A DNA stretch of 64,000 nt, from the NCBI RefSeq assembly GCF_006345805.1, contig NC_042999.1:43152001-43216000 (forward strand), in the 5' to 3' direction. Every line of letters starts with the position of its first letter. Within the stretch, counting starts at the first letter, position 1. The translations under genes were made by a program, and so were the position numbers. Shown here piece by piece: positions 50,558-64,000 of the stretch. Below the pieces are notes generated by a model. That model saw nothing but the letters and a program-made list of their open reading frames with translations, was not told the origin of the DNA and did not search any database. This DNA comes from Octopus sinensis (taxonomy: Eukaryota).

Positions 50558-50950
50558 GGCGCAGGAGTGGCTGTGTGATAAGTAGCTTGCTAACCAACCA
50601 CATGGTTCCGGGTTCAGTCCCACTGCGTGGCATCTTGGGCAAGTGCCTTCTGCTATAGCCCCGGGCCGACCAATGCCTTGTGAGTGGATTTGGTAGACGG
50701 AAACTGAAAGAAGCCTGTCGTATATATGTATATATATATATGTATGTGTGTGTGTGTGTCTGTGTTTGTCCCCCTAGCATTGCTTGACAACCGATGCTGG
50801 TGTGTTTATATCCCCGTTACTTAGCGGTTCGGCAAAAGAGACCGATAGAATAAGTACTGGGCTTACAAAGAATAAGTCTCGGGGTCGATTTGCTCGACTA
50901 AAAGGCGGTGCTCCAGTCAAATGACTGAAACAAGTAAAAGAGTAAAAGAG
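50558..50950 (+). mobile_element. SINE family B copy
   Basis: GGCGCAGGAGTGGCTGTGTG head through to the tail. Confidence 0.9.
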
Positions 50951-51139
50951 AGACAGAAGAAGTTGTGGTTTCACAGTATGGAATTGGTACAATCTGGGGC
51001 AGCAAAGAAAGCTAGCAAAGAAGTGAGCAAGTATTTGCAGATCAAACAGCTAGAAATAACCAATTCTTCTTCTTCAAATCACACCCTAATAACTGAACGT
51101 AAAGGAGGAACACTGCTTTTTTTTTTTTTTATTATAACA

Positions 51140-51300
51140 GGAGCAGGTGTGGCTGTGTTGTAAGAAGTTTGCTGCCTAACCACATGGTTCTAGGTTCTGT
51201 CCCACTGCATGGCACCTTGGGCAAGTGTCTTCTACTATAGCCCCAAGCCAACCAAAGCTTTGAGTGAATTTGGTAGACAGAAACTGAAAGGTGTCCATCT

Positions 51301-51344
<44 letters not shown>

Positions 51345-51450
51345 CCTGCTCGCTTAGCCAGCTGGGTGGCATCATTTGAAGGCTAAAACAATGCGAAGCG
51401 CATTGTGACCAGCAATGTGTAGCAACATCTGACAGACTGGTTGATCACGG

Positions 51451-51492
<42 letters not shown>

Positions 51493-51710
51493 GCCTTAGT
51501 GTCTGTGTTTGTCCCCCACCACTGTTGGAAAACTGCTGTTGGTGTGTTTACCTCCCCATAATTTAGAGGTTTAGCAAAAGGGACTGATAGAATAAGTACC
51601 AAGTTTTTAAAAAAAAAACAAGTAATGAGGTTGATTCATTTGACTGAAAGATTCTTCAAGGCAGTGCCCCAACAGGGCTGCAGTTTAATGAATGAAGCAA
51701 GTAAAAGATA
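51140..51710 (+). mobile_element. SINE family B copy with a SINE-E tail (51341-51450) inserted in its (TA)n
   Basis: (TA)n on both sides of the SINE-E tail sequence; the SINE-B halves are collinear around it. Confidence 0.85.
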
Positions 51711-51848
51711 ACCAATTTTTTTTTTTAAACAGATGGATCGATGGAGCACAAATTGAGGATGTTTGTTCTATAAGCAAAAGTTTATTTACTATGTCTTCCT
51801 TGCAGATCCAGAGACCAAAGATTATGCAGTATATGAGATGTATATGAG

Positions 51849-52320
51849 AAGTGGTTCTCAACTGGGGTCAAGATGACCCCTGGGTTTAATATAAGATTTT
51901 GTTAAAATTTATCTGCAATAAATTGATTATACATCTACAATGCACAAAATATTTATATTTTTTTAATACAATTCCTAATTATTAATTAATTATAAAAATA
52001 TAATACGATCTTTAAACCTTTGGCATGCAGATTACTCACTCAAATGTAATTTTTTTTTATTCATATTGTTTTGAATTAATCATACATTATATTGTAGCTC
52101 AAAGGTGTCAAATGATGTGATTGTTTATCTTTAAAAGGACATTGTAGGATAAAATGTGACAGGCAAGATTTGGCCAGTTTCAACATAAAACAGGTAGAAT
52201 ATTAGGGCCAGATACAGCCAGTTTAAATGCTAAAGGGTCAAACACTGAATGGCTATGAGAGACCGCCCAAGTAGAATTAGGATCAAGGGAGTCCACAGGA
52301 AAAATAGTTGAGAACCACTG
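51849..52320. mobile_element. hAT-type MITE with nested MITE MB
   Basis: AAGTGGTTCTCAAC...GTTGAGAACCACTG; TSD TATATGAG/TATTTGAG (7/8). Confidence 0.85.
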
Positions 52321-53424
52321 TATTTGAGCTTTGAAGTTTCCAAAATCTCAAAAGACAGGTTGACAGCCAAAAAGATTCCACTTGTGGTAAATCCAGGATC
52401 TGTGGAATTCAGTGAGACTGAGCACCAGGAATAAATAATCCAAACTGAATACAAAAGTACTTTAAAAAAACAGTGGTAAGAAGTTTGCTTTCTAACTACA
52501 TGGTTCTGGGTTCAGTTCCACTGCATGGCACCTAAGGCAAGTGTCTTCTGCTATAACCTCAGTCCAAACAAAACCTTGTAAGTGCATTTGGTAAACAGAA
52601 ACTGAAAGAAGCCTGTTGTGTGTAATGTATGTATATGTGTGCATGTCTCCTTGTTTTGACAATATGTGATAGTTGTAAAGGATTGTTTTGTCATGCCATG
52701 TTCTTCCTTTCCAATATTCTGCAAGAATCCATTTGGTTACAGGGAAATATTGTCTTACTTGGAAACAGGTATGGGTTGGCAACCAGAAGGGCATCCAGCT
52801 CCAAAAAAATAGGCCTCAATAAACTGTCTGACCCATACAAGCAGCCAAAAGTAGATGTTAAAATGACAATGGATGGCATCATGTATTTGCCCTAATAGTT
52901 CATGGAAATATCTAAACTTTATATCAATAGAACAAACCTTCTATGTAACAAAATACAAAGTGAGAATATCAAATCAAAAAAGACAATGAATTTAAATATG
53001 AACAATATATAAATAAAAATAAAATAGATGTACATTCTTAGGAGTTGTTTAGATTTTTTCCCAGGAAATAAAAAAAAGAGAACACTAGAAAAGGAGACAA
53101 CTAAGATAAACTAATTACTTCTTAAAATAGGATTAAACCAATTATTTCAGCAACTTCTTTTTTTCTCCTTCTTCAGAGGTTAAAAAAATCAGATTTAAGA
53201 AATGTTTTATAAAGTAAATGAATATGATAAAACCATTAATAACTAGGAAAACAATTTCTTTTCGTTTTATCTAAAGCCGTCAGCAAAACTGAAAGCGGAA
53301 ACAGTAGGAGAAAATTAGCTTAGTATCTTTACGCAATGCTACCAGCAGAAGTTATCAATTCCTTTGCAATAATCTGCCAAATTTCATTATTAATCTGAAT
53401 TTCTTCAAAACAGAAAATGCAACA

Positions 53425-54208
53425 TAGCTGTGTGATAAGAAGCTTGCTTCACAACCACATGGTTCCAGGTTCAGTCCCACAACGTGACCCCTTGGGCAAG
53501 TGTCTTCTACTATAGCCTCAGGCCGACCAAAGCCTTGTGAGTGGATTTGGTAGAAGGAAACTGAAAGAAACCCATTGTAAATATATGTATGTATATATGT
53601 ATGTGTATGTGTCTGTCTCCCCACCCCGCCATCACATGGCAACCAATGCTGGTGTGTTTATGTCCCCTGTAACTTAGCATTTCAGCAAAACAAACAGAAT
53701 AAGTACTAAGCTTACAAAGAGTAAGTCCTGGGGTCAATTTTTTTCAACTAAAACCCTTTAAGGCAGTGCTTCAGCATGGCCACACTCAAATGACTGAAAC
53801 AAGTAAAAAAATAAACGAATATATATATATATAGGCGGAGGAGTGGCTGTGTGGTAAGTAGCTTGCTTACCAACCACATGGTTCCTGCATGGCACCTTGG
53901 GCAAGTGTCTTCTACTATAGCCTTGGGCCGACCAAAGCTTTGTGAGTGGATTTGGTAGGCGGAAACTGAAAGAAGCCCGCCGTGTATATATATGTGTGTG
54001 TGTATGTTTGTGTTTGTCCCCCCAACATCACTTGACAACCAATAGTGGTGTGTTTACATCCCCGTAACCTAGCGGTTCAGCAAAAATGACCGATAGAATA
54101 AGTACTGGGCTTACAAAGAATATGTCCAGGGATCGATTAGCTCGACTAAAGGCGGTGCCCCGGCATGGCCACAGTCAAATGACTGAAACAAGTTAAAGAA
54201 AAAAGAAT
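53425..54208 (+). mobile_element. Two tandem SINE family B copies (53425-53810, 53834-54208)
   Basis: Two head-to-tail copies separated by (TA)n. Confidence 0.9.
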
Positions 54209-54229
54209 ATACATATATATCCTATCCCC

Positions 54230-54263
<34 letters not shown>

Positions 54264-54336
54264 GATACACAAAAAAAAAAAGATGACAATCATCATCGTT
54301 ACATACTTGACAACATTGCCTGTCATCTGTCAAGCT

Positions 54337-54554
54337 CAGTGGTTCTCAACCATTTATCACCTCTGGACCCCTTTGATTCCCATTTTATTCTACTGGACCC
54401 TAATAACCATTCAATGTTTAAAAGATCCTATTATATCATTATAATAAAAATTTTATAAGGAACTGTATTTCTAAAAAAATTGCTAAAAATATTTTGTGTA
54501 TTGTAAATGTATAACCAATTTATTGCTCATATGGCCCCAATTTAAGAACCCTTG
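54337..54554. mobile_element. hAT-type MITE
   Basis: CAGTGGTTCTCAAC...TTAAGAACCCTTG; TSD GTCAAGCT/ATCGAGCT (6/8); internal similarity to the 33092 copy. Confidence 0.75.
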
Positions 54555-54783
54555 ATCGAGCTTATTTACATGCTCATGCGAGTGAATATATCTAGCTATT
54601 CTTTCCTTGTCTCACCCTCTTCTATTTACTCCAGTCCTTGATTTGTGTTCATGCTGGGGCATTGCTTTGAAGGGTTTTAGCTAAACAGACCAATCCCAGT
54701 ATTTATTTTGAAATATAGTGCTTATCCAAACAGTCCCTTTTTCTGCCAGGGTGGTCACCGTGTTTAGTGTTATTTCTTCCAAG

Positions 54784-54849
<66 letters not shown>

Positions 54850-55073
54850 TACATACATACATACATACATACAAGTGCATGTTCACATACAATGTGTGTA
54901 ACTGGCTTCAGCACAGTTTCTGCCCAGCAAATTCATTCATAAAGCATCAGTTGGTTCAAGGCTATAGAAAAAAATCATTCACCGAAGACGCCACACATTT
55001 GAGACTAAGCCCAAAACCATGTATGTAGTTGTAAAATGAATATCTTAAGCCACACAGCCATGCCTGCACATGT

Positions 55074-55127
<54 letters not shown>

Positions 55128-57907
55128 CATATCTACATATACACACAAAATGTTACTGACTACAGAGTAATAAGTTTGTGTTGCCAAGATCAAACACTAT
55201 CAAGCTGTAGACACATAATGCTTGAGTTTTCATTAAATCAAGCATGATAATGAACCATCATTTTCAGTAAGCATCTATTTATTATTGGAAAGAAGAAAAA
55301 AAAAAAAGAGTAAAAAAAGAAAAGAAAAAGAAAAAAGGAAACAGAAAAACCAAATGATGATGTTACAAGATTGAGGGAGGTGGGTAGTTAGTAGCCAATT
55401 TGGGATGTGAGAATTGTGAGGTGGTTGGAGAATGCAGGGAGGTGGTAATATGGTGGTTTCGGAAATCAGCAGTTGATGATGGGTGCAACAGGAGCTGAGT
55501 GGAACGGGGAAGATGGGGTGTGTGTTGGGGGGGGAGAGGTTATGTAGTACATTTGCTGAGAATGAGAATATGGTTGGCAACTAGTAATATCAAGAAATAG
55601 GACAATGTAAAAAAAATAAAAAATAATAAAAAATTTTTTAAAAACTATTTTTGAATAGTGATGACAATGAGAATGGAGGAGCCGATAGTGAAAAGTGACA
55701 GGGGGGAATGGGTGGGGTATAAGCAATGACAGTAGTAGCAGTGATGGTAAGGACATAGATGTAGCAGTGATACTGTAATAGTGGTGATGGTGTTAAATGT
55801 AGCATCAGAAATGGGGGGAGGGGGGCTGGAGAGGAGGAAATGATGATGGTGATGGTGATGGTGGTGGTGGTGGTGGTTATAGCAACTGGGATAGTGTTGG
55901 TGATGGTATTAATAATCTTGATGATGGTGTGTTGGTTATAGCCATGGTGGTGCTGCTGATGCTGTAAATAGTGGTGGTGGTGGTAGTAACGGTGGTGGTG
56001 CTAGTAGTAGTAGTAGCAACGGTGGTGGTGCTAGTAGTAGTCACAGTAGTTATGATGGTAATGGCAAGGACAACCAAATCCAGTGGAGATTAAGTAGCTG
56101 ATTAAAAAAACAAAAACAAAATCTATAAATCAAGATTAGGTAACTCTAGGCCACTACATTGGAAGGAAGGAAGGAAGGAAGGAGGGAGGGAAGTTGATGG
56201 GAGGGTTGGTAATATCAAGCACCATCAATCACCATTATCCTTACCATAAACACAGTTATCACTACCACCACCAAACAATTACTATCACCAACACAACGAT
56301 TCATAACCACTACCATAACTATAATAATAGTACCACCAATATTAATAAGCCAATGAGGCATCTAATCATTCGCCTGTTTTACCAAGTAATAACAGTGTGA
56401 ATTTCACACTGACATCTTAAAAATGAAGGACACACTGGACAATAGAGTCAAAGGTATAAAAAAAAGAAATGAGGCAAAAAGAGATGAACAGATTGGATAA
56501 CCAAGTTCTCAATGCGAAACTGCCTTAGAGATACATGGAGTTAGTATGGCTGGATTACTTCTGAACATAGTTCAGCTTGATGACAGCTGATATGGTGACA
56601 ACCCACAATAGACAACCCACTGCCTCTGTCATTATATACAATTAAAACTAAAACCTTTCCAGGTTACTGATTTTTCTGAACCAGGAGGTGGACACTTCTA
56701 AACTAAATTAATATCAAATCTATTTAAATTATTAAATGAAATACACATGTTTGTACATTAGTGCAAATGATTCTAGTTCATTGATATTGCACTGTGCAAG
56801 GTACTTTGAAACAGAGCTACCCAGTAAACTAGTCTAACAGCCATGAGAGTTTTAAGTTCCTGCTCAAATTGCTGTAGGTTATAAGAGGTTCCAGACAGTC
56901 AGTTGGTAAGTACCTACACGACTAGCAAAAACTAATGCAACACTAAGTTTTACAGAAGATGGCTGGACTTGTGTGACATAACAACAACTCATAGTCACAA
57001 AATAAACAAATAGCCATTACCATAAGAAGGACGTATCCCTAAAGAGACAAGATGACCACAGCTGAAGTGGTTTTTGATCACAGGTCTGTGTAACTGAATC
57101 AGGGCTAACCAGGGATTAAACAACATCTACTACATCACATTACTGAAATGGCTAATATCACCTTCACCACAAGACACTAATACTACCATCATCATTTATA
57201 TAGCTACCACACCACTACTATGACAGTCACAGTACCATCCACAGCATTAGTGTAGTTAGTAATCACAACACCTATCACACAAACTAATACAGCAACCACA
57301 ACGCTCTTGTAGCCATCATTATTACTACACTATCGGTATAGTTAAAAACCAGCACCACCATCAACTATACTAATATGTGTAGTAACTGTCATATATTAAT
57401 ATAAGACCAATGCAGTTAACACTGCCATCATCCCTATGAATACTAATCACAACATTTACCTGTTTATTTGTTTCAGCCATAGGACTGCAGCCATACTGGA
57501 GTACCACCTTAAAGGGATTTAGTCAAATGATCAACCCCAGTACTTTCTTTAAAGCCAGGTACTTGTTCCCTCAGGAGACACATGGCCTAGTGGTTAGAGC
57601 AGCGAACTTGTGGTCGAGGGATCGCGGGTTCGAATCTCAGATCGGGTGATGTGTGTATTTATGAGCAAAACACCTGAGCTCCACGCCGCTCCGGCAGGAG
57701 GTAATGGCGAACTTCTGCAAGATGCCACTCTATGAGAATGAACATGGAACTATGTGGTTGGGAAGCAAACTTCTTACCACACAGCCATGCCTGTACTTAT
57801 AAAATAAACCTATTCATACACATACTGGGAATTGAACCCACACTGCCTGGAATCCTAACCATTAACATTCTTCAACCATTACCTTCTTAATCATAATCCA
57901 ACTATAG

Positions 57908-57938
<31 letters not shown>

Positions 57939-59322
57939 TTTACATCCTATACACATGCTTAAGTCTAGAATTTTTATTTTTAATAAAGTTTTAAAAAATA
58001 GTCAAAAAAAAAAACTGTCAATATTTAAGAAAATTGAGAAAATGTCACAACATATACCAAGAAAAAAATATTCTAAATATATCTCTTTTGAAAAATAAAA
58101 CAAAGCAAGAAAAGGTGGGGGGGGGGGGAGAAAGAAAAAGGTATTTAATTTAGGTTTTTTCTTCATTGAGAGAAGAGAAAAATACTTTATTTTACACATC
58201 CAGATAGAGTTAATAAGTACCTTTAATTATCTATGAAATCTTGCCTGTAATTATTATATACAATGATGAGAGGAAGAAAACCACTGCCACCACCACCACC
58301 ACCACCGCAACATCATCAATGACTATCATCATCATCATCATAACAACTACAAGAGATAAATCCAATTTACTCCAATACTACGTTCGATAGTAATGTCATC
58401 ACCATCACCACCTCTTTCCACAAATCAATTTTATCATCATAATCTGGCATTAATATCATCATCATTCACTGTAACCACCATTACCATCATCATCATCACA
58501 TCAAGTTCCAGTATCAATATCATCCACATCATCTCCCACCACCACCACCACCACACCCACAAGCTTTTTTTCTTTTTATCTTTTTTCTTTTCTTTTCTGG
58601 GTTTTTTTTTTTTTGTAAGAATTTCTCTCAGAAATAAATAATCGAAGATATTAAAATGCCATGGTTACTGCTGACAACAAGAGACAAATGTTGCTTGAAT
58701 ATTTCTTATCTGTTAGAAATAGAATCTTGCAAAAATAATTTTTAAAAAAGAAAGAAAGAAAAAACAGAAAACGTGAGACATACATTTAAAATATGTAAGA
58801 CTCATCATCATTATCATCATTGTTTAACATCCGCTTTCCATGCTAGCATAGGTTGGACGGTTTGACTGACAAAGTTTCTACAGCTGGATGCCTTTGCTAA
58901 TGCCAACCACTCCAAGAGTAAAGTGGGTGATTTTTACATACCACCGGCATGGGGGCCAGTCTGGTGGCACTGGCATCAACCATGCTTGAATGGTGCTTTT
59001 TACATGCCATGGACATCTTAGGTTCAATTCTTGTGAAAGGATGAAGTATATTTTTCTTTTCTTTGTTACTGAATTGTATTGTTTATATCATCATCATTTA
59101 ACGTGGGTTTGGCAGTCTGACAGGCCCCACTGTCAGCTTTGGAATAACCTCTAACGGCTGGATGCCCTTCCTAATGACAACCACTTTTTTTTTTGTGACA
59201 ATGGCACAAATGATATCACCAAGTAACTTGCACGACAAAATAAAGAAAGGAAAAGGGAAAAGCCCTCAAATCTAATAGGGAGATGGCTTTATGCAAGGTG
59301 TTGAAGGTTATTTCACACACAC

Positions 59323-59362
<40 letters not shown>

Positions 59363-59365
<3 letters not shown>

Positions 59366-59732
59366 TCTTACTTATTTTAATCATTTGACTGCGGCCATGC
59401 TAGAGCACCACCTTAGTCAAGCAAATCGACTCCAGAACTTATTCTTTGTAAGCCTAGTACTTATTCTATCGGCCTCTTTTGCTGAACCGCTAAGTTACGG
59501 GGACATAAACACACCAGCATCGGTTGTCAAGCGATGTTGGGGAAGACAAACACAGACACATGAACACATATATATGACGAGCTTCTTTCATTTTCCGCCC
59601 ACCAAATCCACTCACAGGGCTTTGGTCGGCTCGAGGCTATAGTAGAAGACACTTGCCCAAGGTACAACGCAATGAGACTGAACCCAGAACCATGTGGTTG
59701 GTAAGCAAGCTACTTACCACACAGCCACTCCT
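59363..59732 (-). mobile_element. SINE family B copy
   Basis: Reverse complement of the family consensus, with a very short internal microsatellite. Confidence 0.9.
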
Positions 59733-59746
59733 AAAATATATGCACA

Positions 59747-60091
59747 CGAGGTGGTATCAAAAAGTTCCTGGACTAGTTTTGTTTACCCTGTCACCACCAT
59801 AAGATTGCTGAAGCATGCTCAATGTCTCTGTAGCAGACTTCCTCTAAGTTTAGCGCAAAATTTCACGTTGGCTTTTTTGTTCCAACTTTCTGTCCATTAC
59901 AAAAATCGCAGACTACAGTATACACATGATCGCAAAGAACAAATTTCACAACTTGCGAAGTAAACACAGTGATGTCACTCAGCACACTGCTTCATGGACA
60001 TCACTGCCCGCATTCACTGTGCACACAACTGTGTGCTGCCATCTGTTGGCACACTACAGAACTAGACCAGGAACTTTTTGACACTACCTCA
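59747..60091 (-). mobile_element. Mariner (Tc1/mariner) deletion derivative retaining the transposase N-terminus
   Basis: 32-bp TIRs with 4 mismatches (CGAGGTGGTATCAAAAAGTTCCTGGACTAGTT), TA on the right and CA on the left. Minus strand from 59897 reads MDRKLEQKANVKFCAKL / KSATETLSMLQQSYG (mariner HTH start, one frameshift). Confidence 0.9.
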
Positions 60092-60103
60092 TATATATAT
60101 AGT

Positions 60104-60391
60104 GGAGGCACATGGCCTAGTGGTTAGAGCGGCGGACTGGCGGTCGAGGGACCGTGGGTTCAAATCTCAGACCGGGCGATGTGTGTGTTTATGTGCCAAA
60201 CACCTAAGCTCCACGCCGCTCTGGCAGAAGGTAATAGCGAACTTCTGCTGACTCTTTCGCCACATCTTTCTCTCACTCTTTCCTCCTGCATCTTGCCACT
60301 CACCTGTGACGGACCGGCGGCCCATCCAGGTGGGGAACCTGGAAACCAGGAAACTGGCCATTATGAGCCAGGCGTGGCTCGAGAAGGAACA

Positions 60392-60400
<9 letters not shown>
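60104..60400 (+). mobile_element. SINE family D copy in a (TA)n tract
   Basis: Matches 14458-14763 and is flanked by (TA)n. Confidence 0.9.
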
Positions 60401-60433
<33 letters not shown>

Positions 60434-61814
60434 CACACCCACACACACACACACCAATTGATATTAACTATATGAAATCTTTATTGCACATGTGTATGCA
60501 AGGATTTGAATCAACAAGTATAGTTTTAATTTGAGGGTTACACAAGATAAGGGTTACCAAACAACCACTACAGTCCAGATTCCAGATTTTTAGGAAGCCA
60601 TACCCAAAAAGGTATATAATTATAGGTTTGTTATGGGTTTCATTTCATTTTCTTTGAATTCTATGAACACTAGCTGGATAATAGAGAACAGAACAGAGAA
60701 CAAAGGGAAACAGAAAAACAAAGGGAGAAAAGAAAGTAAAGAAGATATGTCAGAAAAGAAGGTAAGGTAAAAAAAAAAAAAGGCAGAAATGGAGAGAGAG
60801 AGAAAACAAAGAATGAAAGTATAGCAATGAAATACTCATGAGAATGGAAGTCTTTATTGAACCAGTTCCTAAATTCCTTTGGTTGTTGTCTTTCAGTATG
60901 TTAAAATGGCAGAGCTAACTGAACAGCTAATAATACTTACACTGCTATGGAGAGTCCATACAAGTGTAGTAACCAGCATTACTAAGATAATGCCCCGCAG
61001 TACATTGAGTTTTTTTTTTTTTTTCCCCCCATTTATGTAAATAAATCAATCATCTACTTTTGAAGTTTAAAAGCAATTCAAGGGGGTAAAAATAGATTTG
61101 CAAAAAGGAATTTCAACTCTTTTAGAATAAAAGAAATTGTGTGTAGTGTATTTATTTTGGTTTTATACGACAACTGGTGAAATATAGTAACACTGGTTAC
61201 CAATATCCGATATACCAATAACTAGTAAACTGTATTTTTGATATTGATGAGTGTGACAAGAGAGTGAGAGCATGTAACGTGAAGTGGACTGCAGGGTTTT
61301 TCATGGTTGTTACGTTTTGTTAACATCTTCCATTGATGTACAAGGGCAAATAAGGGGATCCAGCTGGGGAAAAAACTGCTTTGAGAAGCATGCATTTAAC
61401 CCCTAGATATAAAAATACAAACATGTCACAATTGCGAACAAACTCGTATCACAAACTTCTCCACCGTTTTTGTCAACCAAATCCCACCTGCCAGGCACTG
61501 GTTAACCCAAAGCGATGGTACAAGACATTTGCCTATGGTGCCACGCAGAAAGATCGCACTCAAAACCATATGTTTACAAAGTAGGAACTCTTAATGATAC
61601 AGCCGTACCTATAACTACAGTCACTGAAGGAAAGAAGAGAAATAAACACAATAAAAGGGGAAAAAAGGTGAATGCGTCTTATTGACAAAGATCCTTGAAA
61701 GGGATTAAGATCTACAATAATTCGACACACTGCTGTCAATAAAATATGTTTAGCTAAAAAGAAAAACAAAAACTAAATCTAAAAATCGCTTTATAAACTG
61801 AATGCTATATGTTT

Positions 61815-62175
61815 ACTGCATGGCACCTTGGGTAAGTGTCTTCTACTATAGCTTCGGGTCAACCAAAGCCTTGTGTGTGGATTTGGTAGATGGAAACTGA
61901 AAGAAGCCTGTCATATGTATGTATGTATGTATATATATGTATGTATGTATATATATGTATGTATGTGTGTGTGTGTGTCTGTGTTTGTCCCCCAACATTG
62001 CTTGACAACCGATGGTGTGTTTACGTCCCTGTAACTTAGCGGTTCGGCAAGAGACCTATAGAATAATTACTAGGCTTACAAAGTATAAGTCCTGGGGTCT
62101 ATTTGCTCGACTGAAGGCAGTGCTCCAGCATGGCCACAGTCAAATGACTGAAACAAGTAAAAGACTAAAGAGAGT
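61815..62175 (+). mobile_element. 5'-truncated SINE family B copy
   Basis: Starts at CTGCATGGCACCTTGGG; the internal microsatellite and tail are intact. Confidence 0.85.
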
Positions 62176-63587
62176 ATAGATAGCTTTTAAATACTGAAAG
62201 ATTATGGGGGGGGGGCTCACCACATTAAAATAGTAAAAAAAATGGTTAAGAACCTCTACCCTTCAAGTAGTGCTCCAGTATGACCACAATCTAATGACTG
62301 AATAAATAAAAGACAAAAGATAAAAAAATAAATACTGAAAAGAAAAAAAAAAAACTTATTTAGCTTCAGTGGCATTCACAGGCTTCTTTCCTATTTTCAA
62401 AAATTTTCTGAGATACCAGAAATGGAAGATGTTCAAAGAATCAATTTCAATTGATAAAACAAAACTGAACGAAACAAAGCTGCCCCAACATTTTAGAGGT
62501 AGGATTCTTTGAATACAGAGAGGAAAAAGACAGGAGTAAATGACAATTACAGCAAGAATGGTGATCTCAATTGATGGCTATGGAGATAATTTTCATCCTT
62601 CGGATGGATGGTGAAGAATGGTGATGATGATGATGACAGTGTGAAAAGAAAATAGAAACGATGATGATGATGGTAATAATGATGCTGCTCTGATCTTGTT
62701 GCTGCCGCTACTAATGCTAACGCCAACAACAAGCATGATGATCTACAGGGCTAATAGGTACTTAATTGTGTAACTAATTACATCATAGAAGACAATTATA
62801 AATGCAATTATTATTATCATTACCGTTATAATTTTTATTATTATCATCATCATTCTTATTATTGTTGTTATTCTTTAAATAAAAATAAAACACATAGCAT
62901 AGCATACAGACCAAAAAAGACAAACATACAAATGTCAAAAGCATAAACTAGGAAAAACAAAAAAAAAAGCATCATCATCATCATCAGTAACATTACAATT
63001 CCAAATATTTCATTGTTTTCAAATCAGGCAACTGTGTAACAAGACAGACAAACACAGTTTCATATTTCCACTGCAGTGCTCTATCTCTGTTTGTCAATGT
63101 AATACAATTATAAGCGAGGGGGAAATTTCAAAAAAAAAAATTTTTTTTGTTCTCTTTACTAAATAAATTTAATTAAAAATAATGTAAAAAACATAAAACA
63201 AACAAATAAATAAATAAATAAAAGCACCCCAGAAATTATTATTGGAAGCTTCTTTGCTAAACAGGAAGAGAAGAGCTGGCTTCAACCAGAAACCCATTCA
63301 TACTAAACCAAACAGCAAACACTTGGAAACTAAGAAACAAATTAAAACAGAAACATGCAAGAAGAAGCCATCCATCCACAATAGAGTTTTGTTTGTCTCT
63401 TTAACTTGGAAACTCAGAGAAAAATTATGGTTCTTCTAGAACTACAGGAGACCATTTGGAAATATGGAAGGGGAGGTTGTGAGAGTGGTTAAAGAAAGAA
63501 ATAAGAACAATGCTGAACAAGAAAGATAGCTGTTTCTAATTTCAGCACAAAGCCAGCAGTTTTGAGGGGAAGGGATAAGACAATACT

Positions 63588-63817
63588 TATTTCTTTATTA
63601 CCCACAAGGGGCTAAACACAGAGGGGACAAACAAGGACAGACATAGGTATTAAGACGATTACATCGACCCCAGTGCGTAACTGGTACTTAATTTATCGAC
63701 CCCGAAAGGATGAAAGGCAAAGTCGACCTCGGCGGAATTTGAACTCACAACGTAACGCAGACGAAATACCGCTAAGCATTTCGCCCGGCGTGCTAACGTT
63801 TCTGCCAGCTCGCCGCC
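63588..63817 (-). mobile_element. Young full-length SINE family A with perfect 12-bp TSD
   Basis: TSD TAAGACAATACT at 63576-87 and 63818-29; CpGs intact. A near-identical copy lies at about 35937-36155. Confidence 0.95.
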
Positions 63818-63917
63818 TAAGACAATACTAACAACTCCAGTTCTTGAGTGGTACTTTAGTATTATCAATCTCTAAAGGATGAAAGGCAAAGGTGACCATA
63901 GTTGGATTTGAACTTAG

Positions 63918-63952
<35 letters not shown>

Positions 63953-64000
63953 AAAAAATGCTACAAAGTATATTTTAAGACTAACATATTTGCTACCATA

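Overview
AT-rich, microsatellite-dense animal DNA with no credible intact protein-coding gene. The repeat families look like those of coleoid cephalopods, most likely Octopus (my inference from recalled repeat sequences, not a database result). The window is a mosaic of about 7 SINE families (labelled A-H here, my own labels), decayed LINE fragments (RTE, CR1, R4/Dong, a probable L1/Tx1-type 3' UTR), non-autonomous DNA transposons (piggyBac-type TTAA MITEs, hAT MITEs with 8-bp TSDs, a Tigger-like MITE, a mariner deletion derivative, a Helitron), minisatellites and long simple repeats, often nested. Almost every ORF in the supplied track comes from simple repeats or SINEs. Purine/A skew on the + strand is compatible with an intron of a large minus-strand gene. 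The most notable observations are three independent 170-171 bp tandem duplications, a locally templated inverted 60-bp insertion with a 15-bp direct repeat, a SINE 3' tail matching a putative partner LINE 3' UTR in the same window, tail swapping between SINE families, a SINE-internal 61-62 bp VNTR, a MITE-in-MITE palindrome, several RFX X-box motifs and a few unique CpG-bearing islands that may be alternative first exons. None of these amounts to a demonstrated new biological system.
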